Source: Faecousia sp.
GTDB taxonomy: Bacteria > Bacillota > Clostridia > Oscillospirales > Oscillospiraceae
NCBI GenBank assembly: GCA_045637585.1
Contig: JAZTZS010000021.1
Span: forward strand, 20,759-84,758
Length of the DNA stretch: 64,000 bases
Direction of reading: 5' to 3'
Shown here: piece by piece, positions 47,764-56,537 of the stretch
Position numbering within the stretch: the first letter of the stretch is position 1
Layout of the letters: every line of letters starts with the position of its first letter
The notes under the pieces: model-generated
Database searches by the model: none
Told to the model about the DNA's origin: nothing
Seen by the model: the letters and a program-made list of their open reading frames with translations, nothing else
Made by a program: the position numbers and the translations under genes

Positions 47764-48015
47764 ATGATCTTACATGGATGTCAAGCAAAGCCCAAAACTC
47801 CCACCATTATCGAAAAGGTCTGCCCTCAGTGTGGGCATGAAATTGAGATGTTTTCCATCGATACCCAGATGCCCTGCGAGCATTGCGGGTTCGTAGCCTA
47901 CAATGATACCCTGAGCTGCGTTCAGTGGTGTGCCCACGCAAAGGAGTGCGTTGGCGAGGAGATGTACGAACAAATGATGAAGATTGTGGAAAGTCAGAAG
48001 AAAAGAGGTGCTTGA
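47764..48015 (+). CDS. Small Cys-rich metal-binding protein
   Basis: GGAGG RBS; CPQCG...CEHCG...CVQWCAHAKEC. Confidence 0.75.
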   Translation: MILHGCQAKPKTPTIIEKVCPQCGHEIEMFSIDTQMPCEHCGFVAYNDTLSCVQWCAHAKECVGEEMYEQMMKIVESQKKRGA

Positions 48016-48016
48016 T

Positions 48017-48709
48017 ATGATCAGAAGAATTATTGAAATCGATGAGGAAAAATGCAACGGCTGCGGTGCCTGTGCCGAAGCCTGCCACGAGGGTGCTATC
48101 GGCATGGTGGACGGTAAGGCAAAACTTCTGCGGGACGATTACTGTGACGGGCTGGGGGATTGCCTTCCTGCCTGTCCCACCGGAGCGATCACCTTTGTGG
48201 AGCGGGAAGCGGCAGCATATGATGAAGCGGCAGTTATGTCTGCTAAGAAGAATACAGCATGCTCCGGCGGCGGTTGCCCCGGTTCTGCGGCAAAGGCAAT
48301 CCAGAGAAAAACGGAAGCGAGTGCTCTAACAAAGCAAGCATCCCAGCTTCGCCAGTGGCCAGTGCAGATCAAGCTGGTTCCCATCCGGGCACCCTGGTTT
48401 GACGGCGCCAAGCTGCTGATTGCTGCCGACTGCACTGCTTATGCTTATGCCAATTTTCATCAGGATTTCATAAAGGACCATGTGACATTGGTGGGCTGCC
48501 CCAAGTTGGATGCGGTGGATTATTCCGTCAAGCTGACCGAGATCATGAAAAATAACGACATCAAGTCCGTTACTGTAGTGCGTATGGAGGTGCCCTGCTG
48601 CGGCGGCATCGAGTTTGCGGTGAAGCGTGCCCTGCAGGAGAGCGGAAAATTTCTGCCTTGGCAGGTGGTGACTATCTCCACTGACGGACGGATTATAGAC
48701 AGATCGTAA
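48017..48709 (+). CDS. 2x[4Fe-4S] ferredoxin-domain protein (FrdX-like, usually linked to hcp)
   Basis: CNGCGACAEACH and CDGLGDCLPACP, plus QWPVQIKL, AADC, GCPKLD and MEVPCCGG. Confidence 0.88.
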   Translation: MIRRIIEIDEEKCNGCGACAEACHEGAIGMVDGKAKLLRDDYCDGLGDCLPACPTGAITFVEREAAAYDEAAVMSAKKNTACSGGGCPGSAAKAIQRKTEASALTKQASQLRQWPVQIKLVPIRAPWFDGAKLLIAADCTAYAYANFHQDFIKDHVTLVGCPKLDAVDYSVKLTEIMKNNDIKSVTVVRMEVPCCGGIEFAVKRALQESGKFLPWQVVTISTDGRIIDRS

Positions 48710-48863
48710 ATAGGAGAAAAAATTATAAGTTACGAGAACTGGAAACATAAAATTAGTGAGTTTAGGCCCGTGGATGACCATGGTGGTGTCAATTTCGTTG
48801 TAGGACTGAAAGAGAAGGTTGCTGAGAAGAACCCAGATGTCCGGGTGTAAAAAGATTGTGATC

Positions 48864-49159
48864 ATGCAGCTAAACAAAGGAGATCCAAGGCAACACGGGG
48901 TGATACGGGTCACGCACAGCCTGACATGGTAACCGAGGTCTATGCCCACATTCTGGATGAGGACCGCAAGGTCAATGCCCAGCGCTTTGAGGCAGGCTTC
49001 TATTCCAGAGCAGATCTGCGGGGGCTGGAGCAGTCATTCCACACGCAAACTGTGCAGCAACTGAGTATGGATATTGTACAACTATTGCTTCAGCTGCAGC
49101 AAAATCCGGCACTGCTGACCCTTCTGAATGGGCTTGCAAATGCAAATGTGTCCGGATAA
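48864..49159 (+). pseudogene. C-terminal remnant of a tyrosine integrase
   Basis: QLNKGD-[frameshift]-KATRGDTGHAQPDMVTEVYAHILDEDRKVNAQRFE contains the box II GH...Y. No N-terminal part is present, and it lies near the tRNA 3' end. Confidence 0.75.
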
Positions 49160-49310
49160 TCCAAAACCGTTCAAAACCGTCTGTTAGCAAAAATGCGATT
49201 TTATTAGCAAAAATCTTAAAAAGTGTTCGAATCCATTTGGCAGCCCATAAGAGCTGCGGCTGCCAAACGGAAACACTCTGACAATTTAATAATGGGACAA
49301 ATGGTTATGA

Positions 49311-49344
49311 AAACACCGTGATTTGCGGTGAAATCACGGTGTTT
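49311..49344 (-). terminator. Hairpin directly after the tRNA CCA
   Basis: aaacaccgtgattt-gcggtg-aaatcacggtgttt. Confidence 0.75.
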
Positions 49345-49420
49345 GGCACCCCCGGCGAGACTCGGACTCACTACCTCGCGCTTAGGAGGCGCGCGCTCTA
49401 TCCAGGTGAGCTACGGGGGC
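49344..49420 (-). tRNA. tRNA-Arg(CCT)
   Basis: GCCCCCG TAGCTCACCTGGATAGAGC G CGCGC CTCCTAA GCGCG AGGTA GTGAG TCCGAGT CTCGC CGGGGGT GCCA: 77 nt, encoded CCA, A20 present. Upstream TTGACA-17-TACAAT on the minus strand. Confidence 0.92.
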
Positions 49421-49572
49421 ATATAGACTACCCTAGCATTGTAACGAAAAAAGCGCTGTGTGTCAACAGTGAATCGTCCGGAAAGAAAAAATATTCCCTC
49501 CGAAAATATGGCAACTTTTTCACCCTCCTGTGCATATACTACTAGGAATGGAATTGGAAGGGAGGGTATTTT

Positions 49573-49653
49573 ATGTATCCCAACAACGATCCTTATGCGG
49601 ATTTAGACGATTTAATCTTCGAAAAAGAGGACGGCGGCCCAAGCGAGCGGTGA
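49573..49653 (+). CDS. Putative 26-aa acidic small protein
   Basis: Strong RBS GAAGGGAGGG, ORF MYPNNDPYADLDDLIFEKEDGGPSER, and its own terminator at 49656-49682. Confidence 0.5.
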   Translation: MYPNNDPYADLDDLIFEKEDGGPSER

Positions 49654-49655
49654 GG

Positions 49656-49682
49656 AAAACCAGGCTAAAATGCCTGGTTTTT
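49656..49682 (+). terminator. Rho-independent terminator
   Basis: aaaaccaggc-taaaat-gcctggtttttt. Confidence 0.8.
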
Positions 49683-49774
49683 TGCTGTATTGTTGATTTT
49701 TCTCTTTACATGGGAGAAAACTTGGGATATAATAAATTGAAATATCTTAATACTAGGAAATGAGAGTATGCCCC

Positions 49775-50899
49775 ATGAATATTGAGTTTGATGTATATAA
49801 GCAGAAGCTGAATGAAGTACAGCCCGTTTTGGAAGGGCTGGCGGCTTCTTTAAATCTGGAGGGCCTGCGCAACGAGTTGGAGCGGCTGCATGCTATGCAG
49901 GAGGCACCCGGTTTTTGGGACAATCCCGAAAAGAGCCAGCAGATTGTGATGAAAACCAAAACCACAGAGAATAAGATTGAAAAGTACGAGCAGATGACAG
50001 CCTCCTGGGAGGACTTGATGACCATCTGCGAAATGGCGGCGGAAGAGGACGATGATTCCATGCTGACTGAATTAAAGGAAGGCTTCCAGAAGCTCAGTGA
50101 GGACATGGAAAACTGCCGCCTGCAGACCCTGCTTACCGGTAATTATGACCGCAACAACGCACTGGTCAGCTTCCAGGCCGGCGCCGGTGGTACCGAGGCC
50201 CAGGACTGGTGCCAGATGCTCTATCGGATGTACACCCGTTGGGCAGAGCGCCATGGCTTTACCTATAAAATTATGGATTATCAGGAGGGCGACGAAGCTG
50301 GCCTGAAGTCTGCGGATATCGTGATTGAAGGCGAAAATGCCTATGGTTTCCTAAAGGGTGAAAACGGCGTGCACCGGCTGGTTCGCGTTTCTCCATTTGA
50401 TGCCAATGCGCGGCGGCAGACCTCTTTTTCTGCCATTGAGGTTATCCCTGAAATTGAGGATGACAGTGAGGACTTTGAGATCAAACCGGAAGATTACGAA
50501 ATGCAGGTATTCCGCTCCTCCGGTGCCGGTGGTCAGCACATTAACAAAACCAGTTCTGCGGTGCGCTTGATTCATAAATCCGGTATTGTGGTTTCCTGCC
50601 AGACGGAGCGAAGCCAATTCCAGAACAAAGAGACCTGTCTGCGGATGTTGCGCAGTAAGCTGGTAGAAATTCGGGAACGTGAGCATTTGGAAAAAATTTC
50701 CGATATTAAGGGTGTGCAGAAGAAAATCGAGTGGGGCAGTCAGATTCGCAACTATGTGTTTATGCCCTACACGCTGGTAAAGGATACCCGCACCGGCTGC
50801 GAGACCTCCAATGTCAATGCGGTCATGGATGGCGCGTTGGATCCCTTTATCAATGCCTATCTTACCTGCGCGGCAACTGGAAACTGGGTTACGAAGTAA
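49775..50899 (+). CDS. prfB: Peptide chain release factor 2 (uninterrupted frame)
   Basis: GAGGTEAQDW, SPF tripeptide, GAGGQHIN and WGSQIR. Confidence 0.96.
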   Translation: MNIEFDVYKQKLNEVQPVLEGLAASLNLEGLRNELERLHAMQEAPGFWDNPEKSQQIVMKTKTTENKIEKYEQMTASWEDLMTICEMAAEEDDDSMLTELKEGFQKLSEDMENCRLQTLLTGNYDRNNALVSFQAGAGGTEAQDWCQMLYRMYTRWAERHGFTYKIMDYQEGDEAGLKSADIVIEGENAYGFLKGENGVHRLVRVSPFDANARRQTSFSAIEVIPEIEDDSEDFEIKPEDYEMQVFRSSGAGGQHINKTSSAVRLIHKSGIVVSCQTERSQFQNKETCLRMLRSKLVEIREREHLEKISDIKGVQKKIEWGSQIRNYVFMPYTLVKDTRTGCETSNVNAVMDGALDPFINAYLTCAATGNWVTK

Positions 50900-50904
50900 G
50901 CAAA

Positions 50905-50922
50905 AAGTAAAATAATAGGGGA
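50905..50922 (+). repeat. 18-bp direct repeat, left copy (AAGTAAAATAATAGGGGA)
   Basis: Identical to 52657-52674. Confidence 0.9.
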
Positions 50923-51039
50923 CACAGCCGGACGGCGCGGGGTGTAGATTTCTGTTGACAAACCAGGCGGGATAGTGTACCATATTTCTACCCAGACTGG
51001 AAAGGGGGAACAGCGGAGGCCAAACGAAACAAAGCAATT

Positions 51040-51360
51040 TATTTTGTGGGTCGGGAGGGTCCATATGGGATCTCCTGCAGGTGTTTCCCACTATGCTCAG
51101 TTGTATTTACAGGAGGTTTGGGGCGTAGAGAATCTTGCTTATCTGGGATTGGATCTCACCAATCCAGATGACCACTACAGGTATTTGCCTTGCGAATCTT
51201 ATAAGGATTGCTTGATTCCGATGTTACCTGACTACTATGCAACTGCTGAATAATCGGAGAAACTGACTGACTTGAAAACTGTTCTGTGGAATTATGTAGA
51301 TGCGGAGTTTGCAAGGTTTGTGGTTGGTCAAAGACCTGTCGAAGAAGTTGACGAGTTGAT
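51040..51360 (+). pseudogene. C-terminal fragment of a solute-binding protein with an in-frame stop
   Basis: Reading through TAA 51251 gives YYATAE*SEKLTDLKTVLWNYVDAEFARFVVGQRPVEEVDE, a typical LplA-like SBP C-terminus. Boundaries are approximate. Confidence 0.6.
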
Positions 51361-51534
51361 AATAGGGGAATCCCCCATTGCCTGTAACTGCAATGCGGTT
51401 AGATATCATCTGGTGTAGTCTTTATGCAATTCCTGGATGATCTCCAGATATTCGTCGCCGTCCATTTCTGTCACTTTCTAAAAAACGGTTCTCAGTCTGA
51501 CGGCATCAATTCCACTAAAGAAAGGAATAACACT

Positions 51535-52632
51535 ATGTGCTTTGTGCCTGCATATACAGTTGGCTGCGGCCAGATCCACTATTCTGACCATGCGCTGGAT
51601 GAGATCGGCCCTGCGCTGAAGCTGCATGGACGTAAAATACTTATGGTTGCCGGGAAAACGGCGTTTTCTGTCGCTGGTGAGCGCATCTTGAAAAGTCTGC
51701 ATGGAGCCCAGCAAGATGTTTGCCAGTACACGTTTAGCGGAGAGTGTTCCCGTAATAACGCAGAAAAGCTAACCAAGGCGGCTAGTGATTTTGGTGCAGA
51801 TGTCATTCTGGCTGTTGGCGGCGGAAAATGCGCCGATGCCTGCAAAATTGCCGCCAATCAATTGCGCATCCATTCGGCGATGGTACCGACCACCGCTGCC
51901 ACCTGCGCACCCTATGTACCCGGTAGTATTATTTATACGGACGATCACAGGCCGGATGGAGGTGCGACCAAATACTATGATAATATCGGTATTTTTATGG
52001 ATGCTTCCATATTGGCACAAGCACCGGCCCGCTATCTGGCAGCTGGAATGGCAGATGCCCTAGCTAAATATTACGAACTGTATCCAATCGGTATGCGTGT
52101 TGTCCACGCTTCCACAGAAGGAAATGACTACAGTTGTACTGCGCTTACCAGCTTTCATCTTGCCGCTGTAATGCGGGAACTGTATGAAAGCAGGGGCATT
52201 CAGGCATATCGGGATTGCCAGGACGGGATTTTCAGCAGCGACCTGAGCAACGTAATCTTTTCTAATATTGTTATAACCGGTGTGATCAGTGGCTTTAGCG
52301 GAGGTACTGGGCAGCTGCAGGTAGCCCATCATTTCCATAATTCGCTTAAGCGGCATTTCCCGGCGCAAATGCACCGTTACCTGCATGGAGAACTGGTAGG
52401 AACCGGTATCCTGGTTCAGATGATTTGCAACCGGAACACAGCAGAAGAACTGGCCTGTGTTCGAAACTGGCTGCAGCAACTGAGCATTCCGGTCAAACTT
52501 GCTACTTACGGTGTAACTGTAACAGCAGAACTGGCGGAAATCCTCGTGAAAGATCTGCTTCAGATTCTGCCTGGCGGGGAGACACCGGAAAATGAAGCCC
52601 TGCTTAGAAGTGCCGTTGCAGAGGTGTTGTAA
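51535..52632 (+). CDS. Iron/zinc-containing alcohol dehydrogenase, glycerol dehydrogenase-like
   Basis: AVGGGKCADACK, PTTAATCA, AGMADALAK, AHHFH and HGELV. AAGGA RBS. Confidence 0.87.
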   Translation: MCFVPAYTVGCGQIHYSDHALDEIGPALKLHGRKILMVAGKTAFSVAGERILKSLHGAQQDVCQYTFSGECSRNNAEKLTKAASDFGADVILAVGGGKCADACKIAANQLRIHSAMVPTTAATCAPYVPGSIIYTDDHRPDGGATKYYDNIGIFMDASILAQAPARYLAAGMADALAKYYELYPIGMRVVHASTEGNDYSCTALTSFHLAAVMRELYESRGIQAYRDCQDGIFSSDLSNVIFSNIVITGVISGFSGGTGQLQVAHHFHNSLKRHFPAQMHRYLHGELVGTGILVQMICNRNTAEELACVRNWLQQLSIPVKLATYGVTVTAELAEILVKDLLQILPGGETPENEALLRSAVAEVL

Positions 52633-52656
52633 GATTGCAGCATAAAGCGTAATAAT

Positions 52657-52674
52657 AAGTAAAATAATAGGGGA
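52657..52674 (+). repeat. 18-bp direct repeat, right copy
   Basis: Identical to 50905-50922. Confidence 0.9.
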
Positions 52675-52793
52675 AAAGCCCTTGCAATTTGCATTTTTCT
52701 GTGCTATACTATTTTAGCTTATCATTAAACTGTATTTCGATCCGCTGTTCGCTGGGTGCGGCTCTGAGCGGTAATCGGAGGGAGGTTATTACT

Positions 52794-53033
52794 ATGGAGA
52801 TTTTGAAGATCGTTCTGACGGTTCTGGAAGTGATTGCCAGCGTGTTACTGATCGGTGTGGTTTTGATGCAGTCCGGTAAGGAGGCAGGTCTGTCCGGTGC
52901 CATTGCCGGCAACAATAATTCCTATCTGTCAAAGAGCAAGAATGCAGGGCTGGACAAGAAGTTGGCTGCTGCTACCAAGTGGATTGCTCTGGTTTGGCTT
53001 TTGCTGACTCTGTCTTTGAGCTTGATTCCCTAA
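52794..53033 (+). CDS. secG: Preprotein translocase subunit SecG
   Basis: Two TM helices with VLMQSGKEAGLSGAIAG between them; GGAGG RBS. Confidence 0.93.
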   Translation: MEILKIVLTVLEVIASVLLIGVVLMQSGKEAGLSGAIAGNNNSYLSKSKNAGLDKKLAAATKWIALVWLLLTLSLSLIP

Positions 53034-53046
53034 GAAAACGTGATCG

Positions 53047-53078
53047 ACCGCGGAGGAGTTCCCTCTGCGGTCTTTTTC
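53047..53078 (+). terminator. Rho-independent terminator
   Basis: gaccgcggagg-agttc-cctctgcggtc followed by ttttt. Confidence 0.8.
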
Positions 53079-53140
53079 TGTGGACTTTTGATTTGCGGTG
53101 TGATAAAATTGCTTTATCAATTAAAGTAAGGAGAATTACA

Positions 53141-54583
53141 ATGGAGGCTGTCAAACTGGCAGGGTTGAAGCCTGCCTCGGTGTTTGCATATTTTGAAAAA
53201 ATTTGTTTGTTCCCCCACGGTTCCGGGAATACAAAGGCGATCAGCGACTATTTAAAATCCTTTGCCCAGGAGCAGGGAATCCGCTGTATTCAGGACGAAC
53301 TGAATAACATTTTGATGTTCCAGGAGGGAACTTGTGGCTATGAGGACCATCCTCCTGTGATTTTGCAAGGGCACATGGATATGGTATGTGACAAGGATGC
53401 TGATTGTGACATCGACATGCAAACCCAGGGACTGGACGTGTCCCATGATGGGGAATATGTGTTTGCCCGGGGAACAACCCTTGGGGGAGATAACGGTATT
53501 GCTGTAGCCTATACCATGGCTTTGCTGGCAGATAAATCCATTCCCCATCCACCACTGGAAGTGGTGATTACTGTGGACGAGGAAACCGGTATGTACGGTG
53601 CGGCGGGCGTTGATTTGTCTATGCTCAAGGGTCGTACGCTGATCAATATGGACTCTGAGGAAGAGGGCGTATTTACAGTCGCCTGTGCCGGCGGCGCACG
53701 GGGTACAATTGCGCTGCCTTTGGAAAGGCGGGCGGTGTACGGTCCTTGCGTTCGCTTGACTGTGGAAGGCCTGCAGGGCGGACACTCCGGTGTGGAGATT
53801 CACAAGAACCGCGCCAACGCCAATAAAGTGATGGGGCTGCTTTTGGAGCGGGTACAGAAGAAGATGCCTATCTGCATTACCGGCCTTTCCGGCGGCGCAA
53901 AGGACAATGCCATTCCCCACACCTGTCATGCAACGCTGGTTGCATTGGGAAACGATTTGGCATGTATCAATGACATTATGGATAACCTGCAGAGGGAAAT
54001 TCGGTCAGAGTATGATGAGCCGGGAGCCGTTATCCGGGGCGAAAACGTGGAGGCACTGGGCGGCAATGCGCTCAGCACGGAATCCACGGCAAAAGTGATT
54101 TCGCTGCTAAACACAGTGCCCAATGGGGTACAGGCTTGGAGTCAAGATATCGATGGACTGGTGCAGACCAGCTTGAATCTGGGTGTTATGGAACTGTCCG
54201 ATGCGCTGCGGATGACCTTTGCTGTGCGCAGCTCAGTGAATCAGGAAAAGCGTGAACTGCTGGACCAGCTGAAAGCCATTGCGGAAAACTATGACGCTAT
54301 CTACAGCGAAACCGGTGATTATCCTGCATGGGAGTATCGGAAGGATTCACCTCTGCGGGATACGATGACCGCGGTATACGCGCAGATGTATGGAAAAGCA
54401 CCGGAAGTGGTGGCAATCCATGCAGGCCTGGAGTGTGGTCTTCTGGGAGATAAGCTTCCCGGTTTGGACTGCGTTTCCATTGGCCCGGAGATGCATGATA
54501 TTCATACCAGCCGGGAGCGGTTGGGAATTGCTTCCACAGAGCGGGTTTGGTATTTCTTGCTGGAAGTGCTGAAACAGCTGTAA
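53141..54583 (+). CDS. pepD: Aminoacyl-histidine dipeptidase (M20C)
   Basis: LQGHMDMV, TTLGGDNG, DEETGM, GGHSG, IHAGLECG and IHT. Confidence 0.93.
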   Translation: MEAVKLAGLKPASVFAYFEKICLFPHGSGNTKAISDYLKSFAQEQGIRCIQDELNNILMFQEGTCGYEDHPPVILQGHMDMVCDKDADCDIDMQTQGLDVSHDGEYVFARGTTLGGDNGIAVAYTMALLADKSIPHPPLEVVITVDEETGMYGAAGVDLSMLKGRTLINMDSEEEGVFTVACAGGARGTIALPLERRAVYGPCVRLTVEGLQGGHSGVEIHKNRANANKVMGLLLERVQKKMPICITGLSGGAKDNAIPHTCHATLVALGNDLACINDIMDNLQREIRSEYDEPGAVIRGENVEALGGNALSTESTAKVISLLNTVPNGVQAWSQDIDGLVQTSLNLGVMELSDALRMTFAVRSSVNQEKRELLDQLKAIAENYDAIYSETGDYPAWEYRKDSPLRDTMTAVYAQMYGKAPEVVAIHAGLECGLLGDKLPGLDCVSIGPEMHDIHTSRERLGIASTERVWYFLLEVLKQL

Positions 54584-54592
54584 AACAATACG

Positions 54593-54615
54593 CCCACCGG
54601 AAATTTTCCGGTGGG
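54593..54615. terminator. Hairpin between convergent genes
   Basis: cccaccggaa-att-ttccggtggg. Confidence 0.7.
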
Positions 54616-54659
54616 TGCATTATTTTACGTATAAGCAGACTTGTAGGCCAATACGGGCA

Positions 54660-56177
54660 TTAGATGGATTCAACAGCGGCGCACTCTGCACGCAGACCTG
54701 CCTTGAAGCTGGACAGGTAGGCGTTGAAGCCCTCCACGTCCGCTGCGTCGGGGGAGAGGGTTACACTCTTGGCAGAAGCAAAGACCTGGGTGTTCAAAAA
54801 CTCTTCCAGAGATTCGCCGTTCTTCTTTGCCATGTAGGCAGCCAGCAGAGCCATGCCGTAGGGACCGCCTTCGCCAGCTGTTTCCATACATGTCACAGGC
54901 GCATTGCAGGCGGCTGCCATATATTTCTGGCCTACCACGGGAGTCTTGAACAGCCCACCGTGACCGGTCAGACTGTCAATGGCTACATCTTCTTCTGCCA
55001 GAATATCCATACCAATTTTCAGGGTTGCCATTGTGGCATACAGCTGACTGCGCAGGAAGTTTGCCAAGGTGAATTTGCTGTCCGGACGGCGCAGAACCAT
55101 AGGACGTCCCTCGTCCAGATGGGTGATTCCTTCACCTGCCATATAGTTGTAAACGGTCACACCACCGCAATCGGTGTCGCCCAGCAGGGAGTGCTGATAC
55201 AGCCGGGTAAACAAATCGTTGTTGCTGACCTCTCCGCCAAACAGTGCGACCGTTTCCCGGAGAACAGAGATCCAGGCGTTCATGTCGTTGGTGCAGTTAT
55301 TGCAGTGAACCATGGCAACGGCTTTGCCGGAGGGTGTGGTGACCAGGTCAATTTCCTGATAAACTTTCTTGAGGGGACGCTCCAAAACCACCATAGAGAA
55401 GATAGAGGTACCAGCGGACACATTGCCGGTTCTGGGCGCCACAGCATTGGTAGCGGTCATACCGGTACCTGCATCACCCTCGGGCGGGGCAAAGGGGATA
55501 CCTGCAGGCAGCAAATTGTCCAGCAGTGCTGCACCGTCCTGGGTCAGGCTGCCGGCATTTTCACCGGCTGTCAGCACACGGGGAAGCAGCCGGCGGATAT
55601 TCCATGGCTGGTCCTTGGTCAGCTCCTCAAATTTAGCTAGCATCGCTTCATCATAGTTGTTGGTGCGGCTGTCAATGGGGAACATGCCGGAGGCTTCGCC
55701 CACGCCAATGGCGTTGACACCGGTGAGCATGTAGTGAACATAGCCTGCCAGGGTAGTCAGGTGGGCAACCTGAGGCACATGGGGTTCCTTGTTCAGCACG
55801 GCCTGATACAGATGGGAGATGCTCCAACGTTGGGGAACATTGAAAGCAAACAATTCGGTCAGCTTGTCTGCGGCTTCGCCGGTGATGGTATTCTGCCAGG
55901 TACGGAAGGGCACCAGCAAATTCCAATCCTCGTCAAATGCCAGATAGCCATGCATCATACCGGAAATGCCCATTGCACTTACGCTGTTACAGCCTTTCAA
56001 CCCGGAAACAGCCTGCTTGAGTCCGCACCAGACTTCGTTAATGTCATATGTCCAGATGCCGTTATCAAAGGTGCTTTTCCAGGTGTAATCACCGGAGGCG
56101 GCTGTCTCATAGGCATCATCAATGGCGACGGCCTTAATACGCGTAGATCCCAATTCAATACCAATTGTATACTGCAT
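54660..56177 (-). CDS. FGGY-family pentulose kinase (ribulokinase/xylulokinase-like)
   Basis: GIELGSTRIK, ISGMMHGY, FRTWQN, PEGDAGTGM, SAGTS, MVHCNN, GHGGLFKT and EGGPYG. Confidence 0.9.
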   Translation of the reverse strand: MQYTIGIELGSTRIKAVAIDDAYETAASGDYTWKSTFDNGIWTYDINEVWCGLKQAVSGLKGCNSVSAMGISGMMHGYLAFDEDWNLLVPFRTWQNTITGEAADKLTELFAFNVPQRWSISHLYQAVLNKEPHVPQVAHLTTLAGYVHYMLTGVNAIGVGEASGMFPIDSRTNNYDEAMLAKFEELTKDQPWNIRRLLPRVLTAGENAGSLTQDGAALLDNLLPAGIPFAPPEGDAGTGMTATNAVAPRTGNVSAGTSIFSMVVLERPLKKVYQEIDLVTTPSGKAVAMVHCNNCTNDMNAWISVLRETVALFGGEVSNNDLFTRLYQHSLLGDTDCGGVTVYNYMAGEGITHLDEGRPMVLRRPDSKFTLANFLRSQLYATMATLKIGMDILAEEDVAIDSLTGHGGLFKTPVVGQKYMAAACNAPVTCMETAGEGGPYGMALLAAYMAKKNGESLEEFLNTQVFASAKSVTLSPDAADVEGFNAYLSSFKAGLRAECAAVESI

Positions 56178-56468
56178 AGTTTTTCCTCACAAATCATAGG
56201 TAGTATCGTTTTTCATAATAAACTTATAACGCAATGGTATAAAAGTCAAGTCTATTTTGCCAGTTAACAGAATATTCCGGCTGGATAAAGCTTCTGCTAT
56301 AAACGGGCGGCCACTTCGAAAAGGAACTGCCGCTGCGTGGGAGATACGCAGCGGCAGTGGCGGGATGTCGCATTTGGGGAAAAGATCCGCCTGTATATAA
56401 AGTAGCGCAGATAGGGGGAGGGAAACAAGGGAATTATGTCGAAAAATATGAACTTATTGTAACAGCCC

Positions 56469-56521
56469 TTGACAAAACTGTCTATTGCTGATAGACTATA
56501 GCTGTCGATAGACAATAGACA
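56469..56521 (+). promoter_or_regulatory. blaI-like promoter with an inverted-repeat operator
   Basis: TTGACA-17-TAGACT; TGTCTATTG (56479) ... CAATAGACA (56513); ATAGAC occurs three times. Confidence 0.65.
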
Positions 56522-56537
56522 AAGGAGGCGTATTCGG

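Noticed and set aside
48326-48949. 207-aa minus-strand ORF
   Set aside because: Overlaps the ferredoxin gene and the integrase remnant in antisense; no motifs.
54615-55640. 341-aa + strand ORF
   Set aside because: Antisense to the FGGY kinase, which has all the family motifs.
56215-56250. GTTATAA upstream of the FGGY kinase as a shared DeoR site
   Set aside because: A single half-site overlapping a -10-like sequence, which is expected by chance.
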